This document shows, piece by piece, positions 25,501 through 37,507 of a stretch of DNA of 64,000 bases (its first letter is position 1; every line of letters starts with the position of its first letter). This DNA is from Blepharisma stoltei ATCC 30299 (Eukaryota > Protista > Ciliophora), in the NCBI GenBank assembly GCA_965603825.1, contig CBFDEM010000021.1, positions 682,001 through 746,000 of the forward strand. Reading direction: 5' to 3'. The position numbers and the translations under genes were made by a program. The notes beneath the pieces are model-generated. The model worked only from the letters and a program-made list of their open reading frames with translations, had not been told where the DNA came from and searched no databases.

Positions 25501-26879
25501 TAAAAGTTGGCATTGATAAAACATAATCTATTAAAATAAGTGCTGTCCTTAAAAAATAATAGTAGGTAAGTATTTTAGGGTAGTTTTTCGCTTCATTAAA
25601 GCGACAGAAATTTTTTAACAAAAATTCCATAAAAAAAGGTCGTAAAATAAAACTTAAATTTCATCACAATCAGCATGAAAACACTATATAAAGAGTTTTA
25701 ATCGATATTGTCTATATCAATTAAATTTGATTTTTTCTTAAATATTTATTAAATAGTAAGCACCATAAAACTTAAAAATGCTGAAATCAGGCAGCTATAA
25801 GCACACTATAGGCTAATCTTAGGTTTCATGCCATTTAACTATGAAATATTCTCCTTATGATAATTTTTCAGGTAAAGTTATAAGTATTTAATATTAAGAG
25901 GAAAAAGGGTAGAGGAACCTTAAGAGGAAACACGCTAAGAGGGCTTATTCAGCAAGTTTCTTAGGGCAAATATCATCTGGGAAAAGAATACATGCTAATA
26001 TCCCTCAAGGAGAAAGTGTACTTTCAAAATTCCAAGGAAGTGCCATATTATCAAAAGGTTCAGATCAAAAAAAATTTATGCTCTAAAGTCATCTAATTAA
26101 GCACATAATATATTATAAATGTTGCAAAAATTATCTAGATAGATCTGGTGCATCAGCTTTCAAAGTTTTTATTAAGCAATTACATTACTCAAAATAAATA
26201 CCCAATTATTACAACTAAACTTCGACCTTTGAAGTCATTTATTCGAACTTTATCTATTTGCGTTCTTGTGATTCGAAAAATGAAATTAAATATTAAAATT
26301 AAATTAGTTACTAATTAATTCTGCATTTTTCAAAGACTGCTTAAATTAGAATTTTAGTAGAACCTATTAAGTTGCATTTCACAATTTAGCACCAGCTCAA
26401 AAATTTTTTTATTACTCATAGCAAGTGTTTTATAAAATTCTATATTATTTTTCCTGCAGAACGTTGTTTCTCAACACTAAGTGCAAAAATAAATTATTAT
26501 CAATTAATAATCAAGTTATTTTCTATTAATTTCATCTTTATGATGCAGATAGGTATAACATTTATAACCATATTTATTCAATCAATTAATCAATATCAGA
26601 AAACCAAATAATCAACAGGGGAAATTTAAACTTATTCTATTCTCATTTCCTTCTATTTCGATGCATTTTATTTTTTTTGTTGTCCAATCGTAAAGCAATT
26701 GAAGTAAAATCATCCAAAGATATCAATAAAAGATGCAATATCATTTGTTGATATCTAAATCTATTTTTGAATTTTTTCATTCATTAGAGTAATGATTTTG
26801 AAATAAATCAAAAATTTATGAGTTGTCCGCTCAATTCATTTTTCAAAAACATTACGCACATAATGCTGATATAATAAAA

Positions 26880-27983
26880 ATGAAGGCCAATAATCTATCG
26901 GAATTTCTCTTGAGCAGAGAAACAGGATCTATTCCAAGCCATATCACAACACAGCGATTCCCAATGAGGTCATCATGGACTCCGAAAGTAATTTCTATTC
27001 AGTTAATCTTTCCTCATATGGACGTAACGAATTCTGTGATATGAATCAAAGGAAGAGAAAATTATACCATTTCACTTAATAAAAGTGGCAAGGCTGTCTA
27101 CCGAACAATTTTGCCATTATCTCCTCCAATTATGCTTTCACAACCAAATGAGCATGTTTACAAGGTGTGTTTATCATCGAAAGGGGCTTTTCTTATTCTC
27201 AAACGCAACAATGAAAGGTACTTGCAATTCTTCACAATTTCAGATGAAAGCTTGAAAAATGGGTCACTAACACGAGTAAGAGTCCTTGAAAAATTAGTTA
27301 TTGAGTTTCGAAGTTACGAAGAAATCGACTACGAACGGCAGATATTATCAGTGAAAGTGGGAAATAGATATCAATTATGGAGTCTTGAGTCCGAGGAAAT
27401 CATCTTGGATTACCCACTTCCTCCAAGTACAAAAATAAGGTATTATAAGGGATACCTTATTCTTTGCAGCCAAGAAGAAAGAGGCCTGAAATTCACAGTA
27501 AGGAATATTGACAACAGCGAGATGTACTTGGTAAGAATCATGGGAGGCAGCAACGTCTACCACTTTGAAGTATGCCGAAACTGACTTGTAGTCAGTATGA
27601 AAGAGCATCATATTCAGCTAATAAATCTCATAACCAAAGAAACTAAATGAATCAAGAAAGGCGATGTGACACAATATTATGAAATCGACTGTGAGGACGA
27701 CAGTTTGCTGACTTTCAGCGATGGCTCTGCAGTCTTGATCTCTAATCCTGACATAGACTTTACATTGGGGTCTCCGAACAGCATGTATGTAGATATTGAA
27801 GGCATGCTTCTTGCTTTCAGTAATGACACAAGTGCGATAAGAGTATTAGATCTGAAGACCTCAAAAATTATAAACTCAATTGAAGTCAAAAAAAGAGGCG
27901 AAGTCACTTGTATTGGCCTTAATGATGAAACTCAGCAAATTTTCGTTGGTTTAAAATCTGGGAAGATCTGCTTGCTAGATTAG
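26880..27983 (+). CDS. Hypothetical beta-propeller/WD40-like protein (~367 aa)
   Basis: Three ORF fragments in one frame joined by TGA; C-terminal IRVLDL..EVTCIG..IFVG.KSGKI blade-like pattern. Confidence 0.65.
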
Positions 27984-28026
27984 CTTTTTGAAAAATAATT
28001 AATCTTGTAGCCATTATAAATTTTAA

Positions 28027-28176
28027 ATGGGTTGTAATATGTCTTGTCAAGACCGCAGCGAGACAGGAGCTGCAGGAGAAGTGCTGGTTGGTGGAAGCAA
28101 GGATAAAAAAGAGAAAGAAAAATATGAGAAAAGCGAAAAAAATACTGAATCGAAACGATTAATCAAAAAAACATAA
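28027..28176 (+). CDS. 49-aa microprotein with N-myristoylation/palmitoylation motif (MGCNMSC...)
   Basis: taaATG context; MGCNMSCQDRSETGAAGEVLVGGSKDKKEKEKYEKSEKNTESKRLIKKT-TAA; fills an otherwise empty gap. Confidence 0.6.
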   Translation: MGCNMSCQDRSETGAAGEVLVGGSKDKKEKEKYEKSEKNTESKRLIKKT

Positions 28177-28231
28177 CTAAAAACGTAATTATGCCTAATA
28201 TTAAGCTGTTTGTTTAGAAACGTACGCTAAG

Positions 28232-28759
28232 TTAGTTAATGAGAATTCCTTCATATTTTTGTTGGAACCATTGCATAGCGTCTTCTCTGGTAACTTTCTG
28301 GCTCTTTCCCAGTCTTGAAGTGGCGTGGCGTCTATCTTTGACTCTGGAGCCACTGCGTGATAGGACAATGTAGAAATCCATTCCATAAATACCTGTGTTA
28401 GGGTCGTATTTTATGCCAAGATCAATGTGCTCTTGGACGCCAAAGCCAAAGTTTCCACTTTTTGAGAAGTTTTTCCTTTTAAGTTCGAATTCTCTGACCT
28501 TTAGGCCTCTTTCCAAGATATCTTCAGCTTTATCTCCTCTAACAGTGGTGTAGACTGCGATTTTTTCGTTACGACGGATTCCGAATGAGCGAATGGTATA
28601 TCTAGCCCTTGAGAACACTGGTTTTTGGTCTGTAAGATCGGCCAAAACTTTTCCTGCTCTAGTGACTCTATCGCCGGCCTCACCAACACAAATATTGAGA
28701 ACGAGCTTTTCAATTTTTATGTTTCTCATAGGGTTGTCCAGCTTCTCTCCCTTGACCAT
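28232..28759 (-). CDS. RPL11: 60S ribosomal protein L11 (uL5)
   Basis: [41 protein letters not shown]. Confidence 0.97.
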   Translation of the reverse strand: MVKGEKLDNPMRNIKIEKLVLNICVGEAGDRVTRAGKVLADLTDQKPVFSRARYTIRSFGIRRNEKIAVYTTVRGDKAEDILERGLKVREFELKRKNFSKSGNFGFGVQEHIDLGIKYDPNTGIYGMDFYIVLSRSGSRVKDRRHATSRLGKSQKVTREDAMQWFQQKYEGILIN

Positions 28760-28835
28760 TTTATTATTTACCACTCATTTTCCTTCGCATGTGAGACATA
28801 TAAGTGACTTAGAATTAGTTAATTAGATAAATTTA
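28760..28835. promoter_or_regulatory. Putative bidirectional promoter between RPL11 and RPS13
   Basis: Only 76 bp separate the two divergent ATGs. Confidence 0.55.
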
Positions 28836-29291
28836 ATGGGGCGCATGCATTCGAAAGGTAAGGGGATAGCATCCTCTGCTCTCCCCTACAAAAGAGCAGC
28901 ACCAAGCTGGTTGAAAGTGTCTTCGTCAGAAGTCAGCGAGCACATTGTCAAGCTAGCAAGAAAAGGTCTTTACCCATCACAGATCGGCGTAATTCTAAGA
29001 GACACTTCAGGAATCCCACAGGTCAAATCCGTTACTGGTGCTAAGATCCTCAGAATCCTCAAGAAGAACGGAATCGCTCCAGAAATCCCAGAGGACCTCT
29101 ACCACTTGATCAAGAAAGCTGTGCAAGTTCGCAAGCATCTTGAAAAGTTCAGAAAGGACAAGGACAGCAAATTCAGGCTGATTTTGATCGAGTCAAGAAT
29201 CCACAGACTTTCTCGCTATTATAAAAGGACAAAGAAGTTGCCAGCTAATTGGAGATACAACTCTTCCACAGCTTCGGCTTTAGTAAGCTAA
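28836..29291 (+). CDS. RPS13: 40S ribosomal protein S13 (uS15)
   Basis: [18 protein letters not shown]...[17 protein letters not shown]. Confidence 0.98.
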   Translation: MGRMHSKGKGIASSALPYKRAAPSWLKVSSSEVSEHIVKLARKGLYPSQIGVILRDTSGIPQVKSVTGAKILRILKKNGIAPEIPEDLYHLIKKAVQVRKHLEKFRKDKDSKFRLILIESRIHRLSRYYKRTKKLPANWRYNSSTASALVS

Positions 29292-30112
29292 ACCATTTCT
29301 TTATGGAGTTAAGAATTATGTGTATAGTGCTAAACTTCGATTAGTCAAAATCGAGAGGTATTTCTATATTTAAAATTGGATAATTTTTTATAAAACAATT
29401 TTGAGCTCTTCAAATCAAATGAACATTTTGCATAACTTTACTAATTTACTCTCCGGAATATTTATTAAAACCATAAAGAGCTAAAAGAGAGTTGCGATGT
29501 AATCCCAAATTAAATCGATTTTATCAACCCTATTATATAAAATTAAGAAAAATAGGTAGTTTATATCATAATCAGGGTGAATTTAATTAAAAACTTTGTT
29601 TTGAATTACTAATGAGAAAATTTCTTACAGTTAAAACTGTGATTATAAAAACTAGCATTTGAAATAAAATTTAAATATTTGATTTATTTTTTATATAAAA
29701 TTTCAGTTTAGAAATCTTTGATATAGATGGAAAGGAATGAAAATTGCTCATAAAAGCTTTTATGCTGCTTTAATACAAATAAATCACTAATTATAAATAA
29801 AAATGTAAATTGCTAATCAAAAATAACTTGGGGTAAGCTCATCATGAAGAAGTAAAATAATAATTGAATTTGCATATAAAGATATTGGGCCCTATCATTA
29901 TGAATTCTTTAAAAATTGTTAAATATTAAATTGGATTTTATGTAATATGTTTTAAAAATTTTACTTTTGAAATTTTATTTATACAAAATATAGTAATGCT
30001 GCTTAAATCGCCTTTCTGAGTGTTTTTTATAAGTTAACCCATAAAATAATTTATTTTCATTACGTCTTTTACATTTTTATTGATTACCAATATCTATTGA
30101 ACTGATACAAAA

Positions 30113-31157
30113 ATGGCTGACAGGAGTGTGTCAATGGAAAACTTCACTCTTTTGAGTTGCATAGGCAAAGGCTCATACGGCAAAGTGCTGCTTGTGAGGA
30201 AGAAAGACACTGGCGAACTCCTAGCTATGAAAATGCTAAAAAAAGACTACATTGCAAGTCGTAACCAAATAGAGCACACAAGAACTGAAAGAAATGTCCT
30301 TGAAAAAGTCAATCACCCGTACATCGTTAAACTCAAGTACGCTTTTCAGAACCCAAAAAAGTTATATTTCGTTCTTGAATATTGTCCAGGAGGCGAGCTT
30401 TTCTTTCACCTTTCCAGAGCACAGAGATTTGATGAAGCAAGAGCTTGCTTCTATGCATCTTGTATTGTACTCGCTCTTGAGCATCTTCATCGGCTGAATA
30501 TTGTGTATAGAGAGTAATGTTTTATTTAGCTTAAAACCTGAAAATATTTTAATTGATGCAGAAGGCTATGCAAAAATAACAGACTTTGGCCTGTCTAAAG
30601 AAAATATTTCTGGAAACACAGGAGCCAACTCTTTTTGTGGGACTCCTGAGTACCTCGCACCAGAAGTGTTGAGGAAGGTTGGGCATGGGAAAGCTGTGGA
30701 TTGGTGGAGTCTTGGAGCCTTAATTTATGAAATGCTTACAGGTCTTCCTCCATTTTACACGAGGGATAGAGAAAAACTGTTTAACAGCATCTTAAATAGT
30801 GAACTTAATTTCCCAAGCTATATTTCACCAGCTGCAAGAGACTTGCTGCAGGGATTATTTATAAAAGACCCTTCTCAAAGACTTGGATCTGGCCCGACTG
30901 ATAGCGAGGAAATAAAAAGTCATCCGTGGTTCGCAGCAGTAGACTGGGTGAAACTACTGAATAGAGAAAGTCCACCTTCATTTATACCTAATGTTGTAAG
31001 GGACCATGGGCTAAATAACTTCGAGGAGGAGTTCAAAAGACTTCCAGCGGTTGACTCTGCAGGAGCTGAGGCGAAACTGCCGGCGCAAAGTCCCACTTAT
31101 CAAGGGTTCAGCTATGTTGAATCCTCTGAAATGGAAGCTATGGACCTTGAAAGCTAA
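30113..31157 (+). CDS. AGC-family kinase (PKB/SGK/S6K-like, no PH domain); intron 30514-30529
   Basis: GKGSYGKV, YRD|LKPEN, SFCGTPEYLAPE, hydrophobic motif YQGFSY. Confidence 0.93.
30514..30529 (+). other. 16-nt intron (gtaatgttttatttag)
   Basis: Explains the +1 frame change and restores the catalytic YRDLKPEN; A at -6. Confidence 0.92.
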
Positions 31158-31432
31158 ATTTTAACCATTTCATGGTTTTGACAAATCATTTATAATTTCT
31201 ATACTCTTAGCTACAGCTTAAAAATGGAATATGAAAAGCTTGAGAATTCTGCCAGCAGATGAGGAGAAAGATAAAGCAATTATTGCTCTTTTTATATTTA
31301 GCTAGCTTTAGCTTTTTCAGAGCTTATAAACAATCAGTTTTTGTGAATTTACAATTCATATTCTTATTTTTTTTACCTTTTATTATTTAATAGTTGACAT
31401 TTTATATTTCAATTTTTTAATTCTGAAATAAA

Positions 31433-32071
31433 ATGATTAAAAAAACACCCAGAGGAAGTAAACAAAACGCAATGAGAGTATCATTCAACCACCCAAAATC
31501 AAAAAGCTATGAGAGTTTCCAAAGTTTCAGTGGAAAATCATATGATAAATCTGAGAATTTTGATACATACTTGATGAGCGATAACACTCAGAAGCGCTTG
31601 AGGTCTTTTTTAGAAGGAAAAAGTGAGCAAAGCTTAAATTCTCCAAGAGGAACTACCAGCAGTTTCTATAACTCACATGCAAGAACTAACACTAATGATT
31701 CTCCACCCTTGAAAAAAACCTTCAAGTATACTAGAAAGGAGATTGAGCTCCCACAAGCCATTATGGTGAAATTAAACAGAAGACTTTGCCCACATACAGA
31801 AACTTATAAAATGAGAAGACTCAAAGGCCTAACTTTATTGACTCCTTCAAAATCGCAAAAAGGGACTCTTAGATTTAATCTTAACCAAAACTTAAAGACT
31901 GCAAAGAAAAAAGTAAATTATGAAGACCCACCAGAAGAGCATTTACTTTTGGGAAGTGAAAACTTGCTATCTAGCTTGTACTCGCAAAGTATCAGAATCC
32001 AAAAATACCTTAAAAATAAAAATTCTGATTCATATCAGGCTGATAAAAAGCTTTCTGTAATTTCTGAGTAA
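31433..32071 (+). CDS. Hypothetical basic low-complexity protein
   Basis: 212-aa ATG-TAA ORF. Confidence 0.65.
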   Translation: MIKKTPRGSKQNAMRVSFNHPKSKSYESFQSFSGKSYDKSENFDTYLMSDNTQKRLRSFLEGKSEQSLNSPRGTTSSFYNSHARTNTNDSPPLKKTFKYTRKEIELPQAIMVKLNRRLCPHTETYKMRRLKGLTLLTPSKSQKGTLRFNLNQNLKTAKKKVNYEDPPEEHLLLGSENLLSSLYSQSIRIQKYLKNKNSDSYQADKKLSVISE

Positions 32072-32175
32072 ATTTTATTTAGAATGATAACTCAACAACA
32101 ATCAAAATTAGCCAAGTCATTTTATTCGTTATAATTCAAAGAATTATAAAGGATATGAAATAAATTAAGATTAAA

Positions 32176-32970
32176 TTAATATTTTCCAGCTATCGCAAAT
32201 TCGATCCTATTGCAAGTTTCTTCCAATATCCTAATTAAATTTTCTTCCGTATTTTCTCTTTCTTTTACCTCTTGTTCTATTTCTGTTTTTATTCTTTCCT
32301 TCATGCTATTAATATATCTTTCATACAATTTGTGTGCTTCATTGCGATTTTTTCTTTCATTTTCCAAATGATCAAAGCAGACATGCATCTCTTGTCCGAT
32401 AATTTTGATTAAATCCTCATAACTTTCATCTCGTAATTGGCTTTCCCTGTTTACAGCCTCTTGCAGAATAATAATTTGATCTGAAAAATCTAAGATCTGG
32501 CCTTCTTCAGTTTCTTTTCTGATTTTTTTTTCTTTTCCTAGATCAATTTTGATAGAAAATATTTTTTCTTCAATTAATTTATCGATTTTATTCTCGCTTT
32601 CTTTATAAATTTTTTCTTCTTTGCCAATTTCAATAAATATGCTCGATTCCGCAATTTTCAATTCCTTTGACTTTTTTTCATCGAAACTTTCATCACTAAG
32701 ACTTTCGTTATAAAATGCTTCTTCAATTTGTATAATTTGGTCTTTGATAATGTTCAATTTGGAGCTACTGGTAAGCTCGATCTTTGAAATTTTAGCTTCT
32801 AACTGTTTAAGACGATGATTATAAGCTTCATTTCTAGCTTGAGATTCGAGTTCTGCAGTTTGCTGAAATGAATTAAGCTTGTCTGTTAATTGTTTGATTT
32901 TAAATCTTGTTGGAGACTCTGATCGATAAAATGTGTTAATGCCAGCAGAGTCTTCAGTACGATGTGCCAT
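32176..32970 (-). CDS. SF-assemblin/beta-giardin-like coiled-coil protein
   Basis: Short head with SP motif, ~29-residue periodic E..R motifs, C-terminal ERENTEENLIRILEETC. Confidence 0.75.
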   Translation of the reverse strand: MAHRTEDSAGINTFYRSESPTRFKIKQLTDKLNSFQQTAELESQARNEAYNHRLKQLEAKISKIELTSSSKLNIIKDQIIQIEEAFYNESLSDESFDEKKSKELKIAESSIFIEIGKEEKIYKESENKIDKLIEEKIFSIKIDLGKEKKIRKETEEGQILDFSDQIIILQEAVNRESQLRDESYEDLIKIIGQEMHVCFDHLENERKNRNEAHKLYERYINSMKERIKTEIEQEVKERENTEENLIRILEETCNRIEFAIAGKY

Positions 32971-33140
32971 ATAAAGAAAATTATAATTTGATATTTTTAA
33001 AATTCTGTTTCTGATTTTCTCTGGTGTGTACTAAAATAAAATATATTACCAAAAAACTTATTGCACTTGGTTTCTGGCAAAACTGTGACTATTTTTAGCT
33101 AATTTTAATAATTAAAATTTAGCTATATTTAAGAAAAATA

Positions 33141-34904
33141 ATGTCAAATATAAATCTTTGGCTTTTCATTGCTATTTATTTTCTATCGATTGACACTGGA
33201 TACTCAAGAGCATCTTTAGGTGGTTTCTATTCCCTCTCAAATGTTTATGACCAAGTAACAAATCTAACTCAAATGCATCCACACATGATTTCTTCAAGAA
33301 CACTAAACAAGCCCGTTACAATGTCAAGTGCAAATTCAGTAGTCGCAATACACTTGCTAAATGAAAATAGCTTAAGCAAAGAATATCATAGAATTATTGT
33401 ACTTTCTGCTGGCCAATACACGTCTCAGCCTTTATCTACTTCAATGATATTTTATTTAATAGATTTATTGTGCAATCAAAATAATTCTGATCCAAGGCTG
33501 AATTATTTATTAAACACTAAAGAATTTTGGTTTCTGCCAGTTATCAACCCAGACGCCCTTGAATATGTCGGATCATTATATCAGACTGGCTATAATATTT
33601 CAGCCAGATATAAAAACCTAGAAACAAACTCATGCTCTAACAACTCTGCACAGGGAACAAATTTGAATAGGAATTACGACGTTGCTTGGAGTATCAATAG
33701 CAATGGCTCTTCTAAAGATCCATGCAGCTCTAACTTTAGAGGGGACAGTGCATTTTCGGCAAGAGAGACACAAGCAATAAAAAGTTTTTTTGAATCAATT
33801 GTGGACTCTTTGGACTTATGGATTCATTTTGATGATTATGGAAATAACTACTATTCGCCAGTTTCTTTTAAGGAAGGGACTTCAAAGGAGCTGCTTCAAA
33901 ATTCCAGCTGGCAGTATATACTTGATCAAGCTAGGCAGACAACTTCATTAATTCCAGCTTCAGTTGGAAGTTATTATGAAATTAATAACAGCACTCAAAA
34001 TGGCGCGCTTATTGATTTTATTTATAATAACAGCCAAGCTCTCACATTAGAAGTCGCAATCGGACCCAAAAATCCAGCAAAATCAATGATAAAAGGGTAT
34101 TTAGATGCTCATGTGCCTGCTGTTGTCGAATTAATGATAAATTCCGGATTTTATTTAGAGTAATGCCTATATAGTTTGGCACTCAAAAGAATTAGCTACA
34201 TTAATTGTTCAGATAGCCCTATGACATGTAAAAATTCAGCAGCGAATAAAAGCATGGTTTTTGAATTGTTATTGGTCAATTCTGGAATAGAAGCATCGCC
34301 TATTTCAAAAATTTATTTCAACTCTGAGATACTGACAGCTAATTCATCGATCACAATAGAGCCTGGCTACTTCTCACAAATAAATTCGGATTTATTCATA
34401 AATATCAGTAGTTCATCCTACTCAATAAGCCAAAAACTTTTCAATGGTTCTATTATTTTCGATTTGGGAACTTTTCCTCCACATCACTCAGCATATCTAA
34501 AAATAAATTTAGACCAAATTGATCTTCGAGAAGCAGATAAAAATGCGACTGATATCTTAGCATATTCAATTTATTTAGAATCAATATATATCAATACCAC
34601 TTTTATTGATCCAAAAAACAGTATCCAAGGAACACAAAATATTGATACAACAGGAAGCAAGAGCAGCTATAGTAAAAATGATAGCGATGATATAAGCTTA
34701 TCTGGAAAAGAAATTGCTGGCATTGTTATTGGAGTTATTGGATTTTTAGCACTTGTTATTGGGGGAATCGTTTTAGCAAAAATATTATTGAAAAGAAAGT
34801 TCACACCTCCGGCTCTAGAAATCACTACACTGGAAGAAGCAAACGAATCAGGATCTGACTCAAACCATGAACGTAAAGGATATTCCACTCCTACTAATAT
34901 ATAA
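33141..34904 (+). CDS. Type I membrane M14 zinc-carboxypeptidase-like protein; intron 34160-34174
   Basis: Signal peptide; EFWFLPVINPD, GTNLNRNY, CSSNFRG..AFSA.ET; C-terminal TM (IAGIVIGVIGFLALVIGGIVLA). Confidence 0.82.
34160..34174 (+). other. 15-nt intron (gtaatgcctatatag)
   Basis: Phase 2, in-frame TAA, A at -6; joins two same-frame ORFs. Confidence 0.85.
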
Positions 34905-35041
34905 TCGAATTTAACTAAATTAATCATGATTCATTAGATTATTGCCTCATTTTCGGAATTTAGTAGTTTTAATAAATATTTTAAAAAATTATTTTATTTA
35001 GAATTATAGGCAAGGAAAATGATTTATAATAGTCATATCTA

Positions 35042-36127
35042 TTATTGTTTAAGTTTAACTTTAAACACAGAAATTCCCAAATAATTAGCAATTTGATAAA
35101 CAACTCCAATTACAAATAAAGAATATATTGCAATTATAATAGCACTAAATACAAGAAGTGATGTAAATATTGGTAGCGTTTGGATATAATAATTTTCAAT
35201 TAACAATACAAGCTCTAAAACTGCACAAAAGTCGAACCAGCCAAAGCTCATTCTTGATACACTGCAAATAATTAGTCTTGAACAAATAGCCGAAAAAATT
35301 ACTCCATGTATCATGAAAATAAGAGGTCCATAAGTAGGTGTCAAAGGGTGGCTTTTCCATAATACTAAGCTTACAGTCATTTCTATAATAGGAAGAAGCC
35401 TTAATAAAGCTTTTAATTTTTCTTTTGTTGTAATGAAAACACAATATATCATATACATTGATGTAATAGAAGCAATTATTATGTTTCCATATATTAATAG
35501 GTTTATTGCGCTATATCCAAAAATAATTGGTGTTTTCAAAAAATCATTTCCAAAAAGTGCTGAAATTGTAAAAACTGTTATTGACGTCATCTGGCTTTCT
35601 GTGACTCCCCAGCTTCCTATTTGGGTTCTGCAATAATGAGTATGATATTCTTCCCATGTCGCTAGATAAAAGCAAATCAAAACTAAACAATAAAACGTAA
35701 TGCTCTCAGCTGTGATCCCTAAACTCAATCCTTGCAATATGTCTAGCAGTAAGATTGTAGATGATAAAGAATCACAACCATGATCTAGAAGCATACCTAA
35801 AGGAGAGCTTTGATTAATTTTTCTGGCTTGCTTTCCGTCACATGCATCAAGTGTTTGGTACATAAATTGGAGAAAAGCTGAAAATAATAAAATATAGGAT
35901 GGCATTGGCTTAAGAAAGGTTGTGTCAAATGGAACCATGATAAGATATGAGCCAGCCATGCAGATTAAGCCAAGTATAGTGATAAGGTTGGGAGCAAGCC
36001 AGTCAGGGAGCAGAGAGACCACCCAACACCAAAAATAATTCAAAAGGTTGTCTAATTTTGAATAGCCAGTACTTTGGTATTTGTGCTGAGTTAAGTATTG
36101 TAAGTTTGCTTGGTTGATGAATACCAT
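35042..36127 (-). CDS. Choline/ethanolamine phosphotransferase (CDP-alcohol phosphatidyltransferase)
   Basis: WLAPNLIT, YQTLDACDGKQARK..SSPLG.LLDHGCD, TWEEYHT. Confidence 0.93.
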   Translation of the reverse strand: MVFINQANLQYLTQHKYQSTGYSKLDNLLNYFWCWVVSLLPDWLAPNLITILGLICMAGSYLIMVPFDTTFLKPMPSYILLFSAFLQFMYQTLDACDGKQARKINQSSPLGMLLDHGCDSLSSTILLLDILQGLSLGITAESITFYCLVLICFYLATWEEYHTHYCRTQIGSWGVTESQMTSITVFTISALFGNDFLKTPIIFGYSAINLLIYGNIIIASITSMYMIYCVFITTKEKLKALLRLLPIIEMTVSLVLWKSHPLTPTYGPLIFMIHGVIFSAICSRLIICSVSRMSFGWFDFCAVLELVLLIENYYIQTLPIFTSLLVFSAIIIAIYSLFVIGVVYQIANYLGISVFKVKLKQ

Positions 36128-36436
36128 TATTCTCGAAATTATAATTCATTCGAAAAATGGCCTAAAATTGCCAGAATTTTGATGGGCTATTACATTATAG
36201 TAAATTAGATCATCAAAGATGGAGTTATAAGACTTTTGAGCATATTGAATTATTTAATTTAGGATTTGTTCTTTCAGGAATTTCAATTTTCAGTAACTTT
36301 ATAATTTTTATAAAATTAATTCTGATAAGAAAAGCTCACAATCAATCTTCTTAGTATTTTGGACAAAAAATTATATAAATTCTCTCATAGAAAGATAATT
36401 ATAGGATTTAAATTATTAAATTCTAATTTTAATATA

Positions 36437-37507
36437 TTAATTATATAAAATTAAATGATCACTATTGCTCAGAAACATCATCAAAACGCTTAGGAATCAG
36501 TTATCTTTTTCTATATGAGGTGCATGACCACAATGCTCCAAAATTGCTATAATCGCTTTTCCATTTCTTTCTCTATACTTATCAATCACGTACTTCATTT
36601 GCTTTATCATTGGCTGATATGGGTACTCGTCTTTCCCAGGATAGCCCTCAATTATATTAGAAATTCCCATGTGTATAGGATCTAATAAGCTTTTGTCTGA
36701 GATTACTGCATCTTCTTCTCCCCTTATTCACAAAATAGGTGGTTTTTCATTTAAATTTATGATCTCCTCCACATTATGATACTTCCCAGAAATTGCATTA
36801 AAGATCCCTTTGTCTCCAGGACACCACCCTGGCCAATTTTCAGACTCCTTATTATTTCCTGGGAAGAAATCATCCCCAATTTTTATCAAAAATATTTCAT
36901 TTATATATTCATTTTCAGTTTCTTCATCAATTGAATAATACTCAGGAAAGCATGTGATATATTTGAAGAAATTTCTCATGGAAAAATGATCATTATTGTC
37001 AATTCTGTTTTCAATGCTATTTTGTATACGTCTAGCAATTGGAAAAATACCAGAGCCAGAATAGTCTGAAAAAATCGGGATCCCTTTTTCTTGCTTCGTA
37101 CCGAATAGGCCATAAGGACTTATTGGTGACTCTAATGTAAGTGATAAAATACGGTCGCTGTGATTTATTGAGTATTTCATTATAACTGCCCCTCCAAGAC
37201 CTCAGCCTACTAAGTGTGTTCTCCTCAGATTGAGAGATTCGATCAAACTTTGAAGATCTTCAGAAAAATCATCAAGCCCTTTAGTTGCATCCAGTGGGAG
37301 TGATTGAGATCTGCCAAATCCTCGTAAATCATAAGCATAGCAGTGATAATTCGGTGGCATTCTTTGCATTAACTCTTTGAAAAAGCGCGAGCTGGATAAA
37401 ATATCATGAACAAAAACAATAGGAATTCCATTATGAGATTCACACTCAAGAATAAAATGAGTAATCCTTGATGTTGTTAAATAATAAGATTTTACTTCTC
37501 GAATCAT
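36437..37507 (-). CDS. Alpha/beta-hydrolase-fold protein (~356 aa), nucleophile Ser replaced by Gly
   Basis: YDLRGFGRS, DATKG, HLVG(W)GLGG, SPYG..GTK, NWPG..PG, KPPIL(W)IRGEED, CGHAPHIE; TAA at 36437-36439. Confidence 0.85.

Noticed and set aside
25841-26086. Purine-rich stretch with a ~57-codon open frame
   Set aside because: No in-frame start or consensus intron connects it, and no motif is recognisable.
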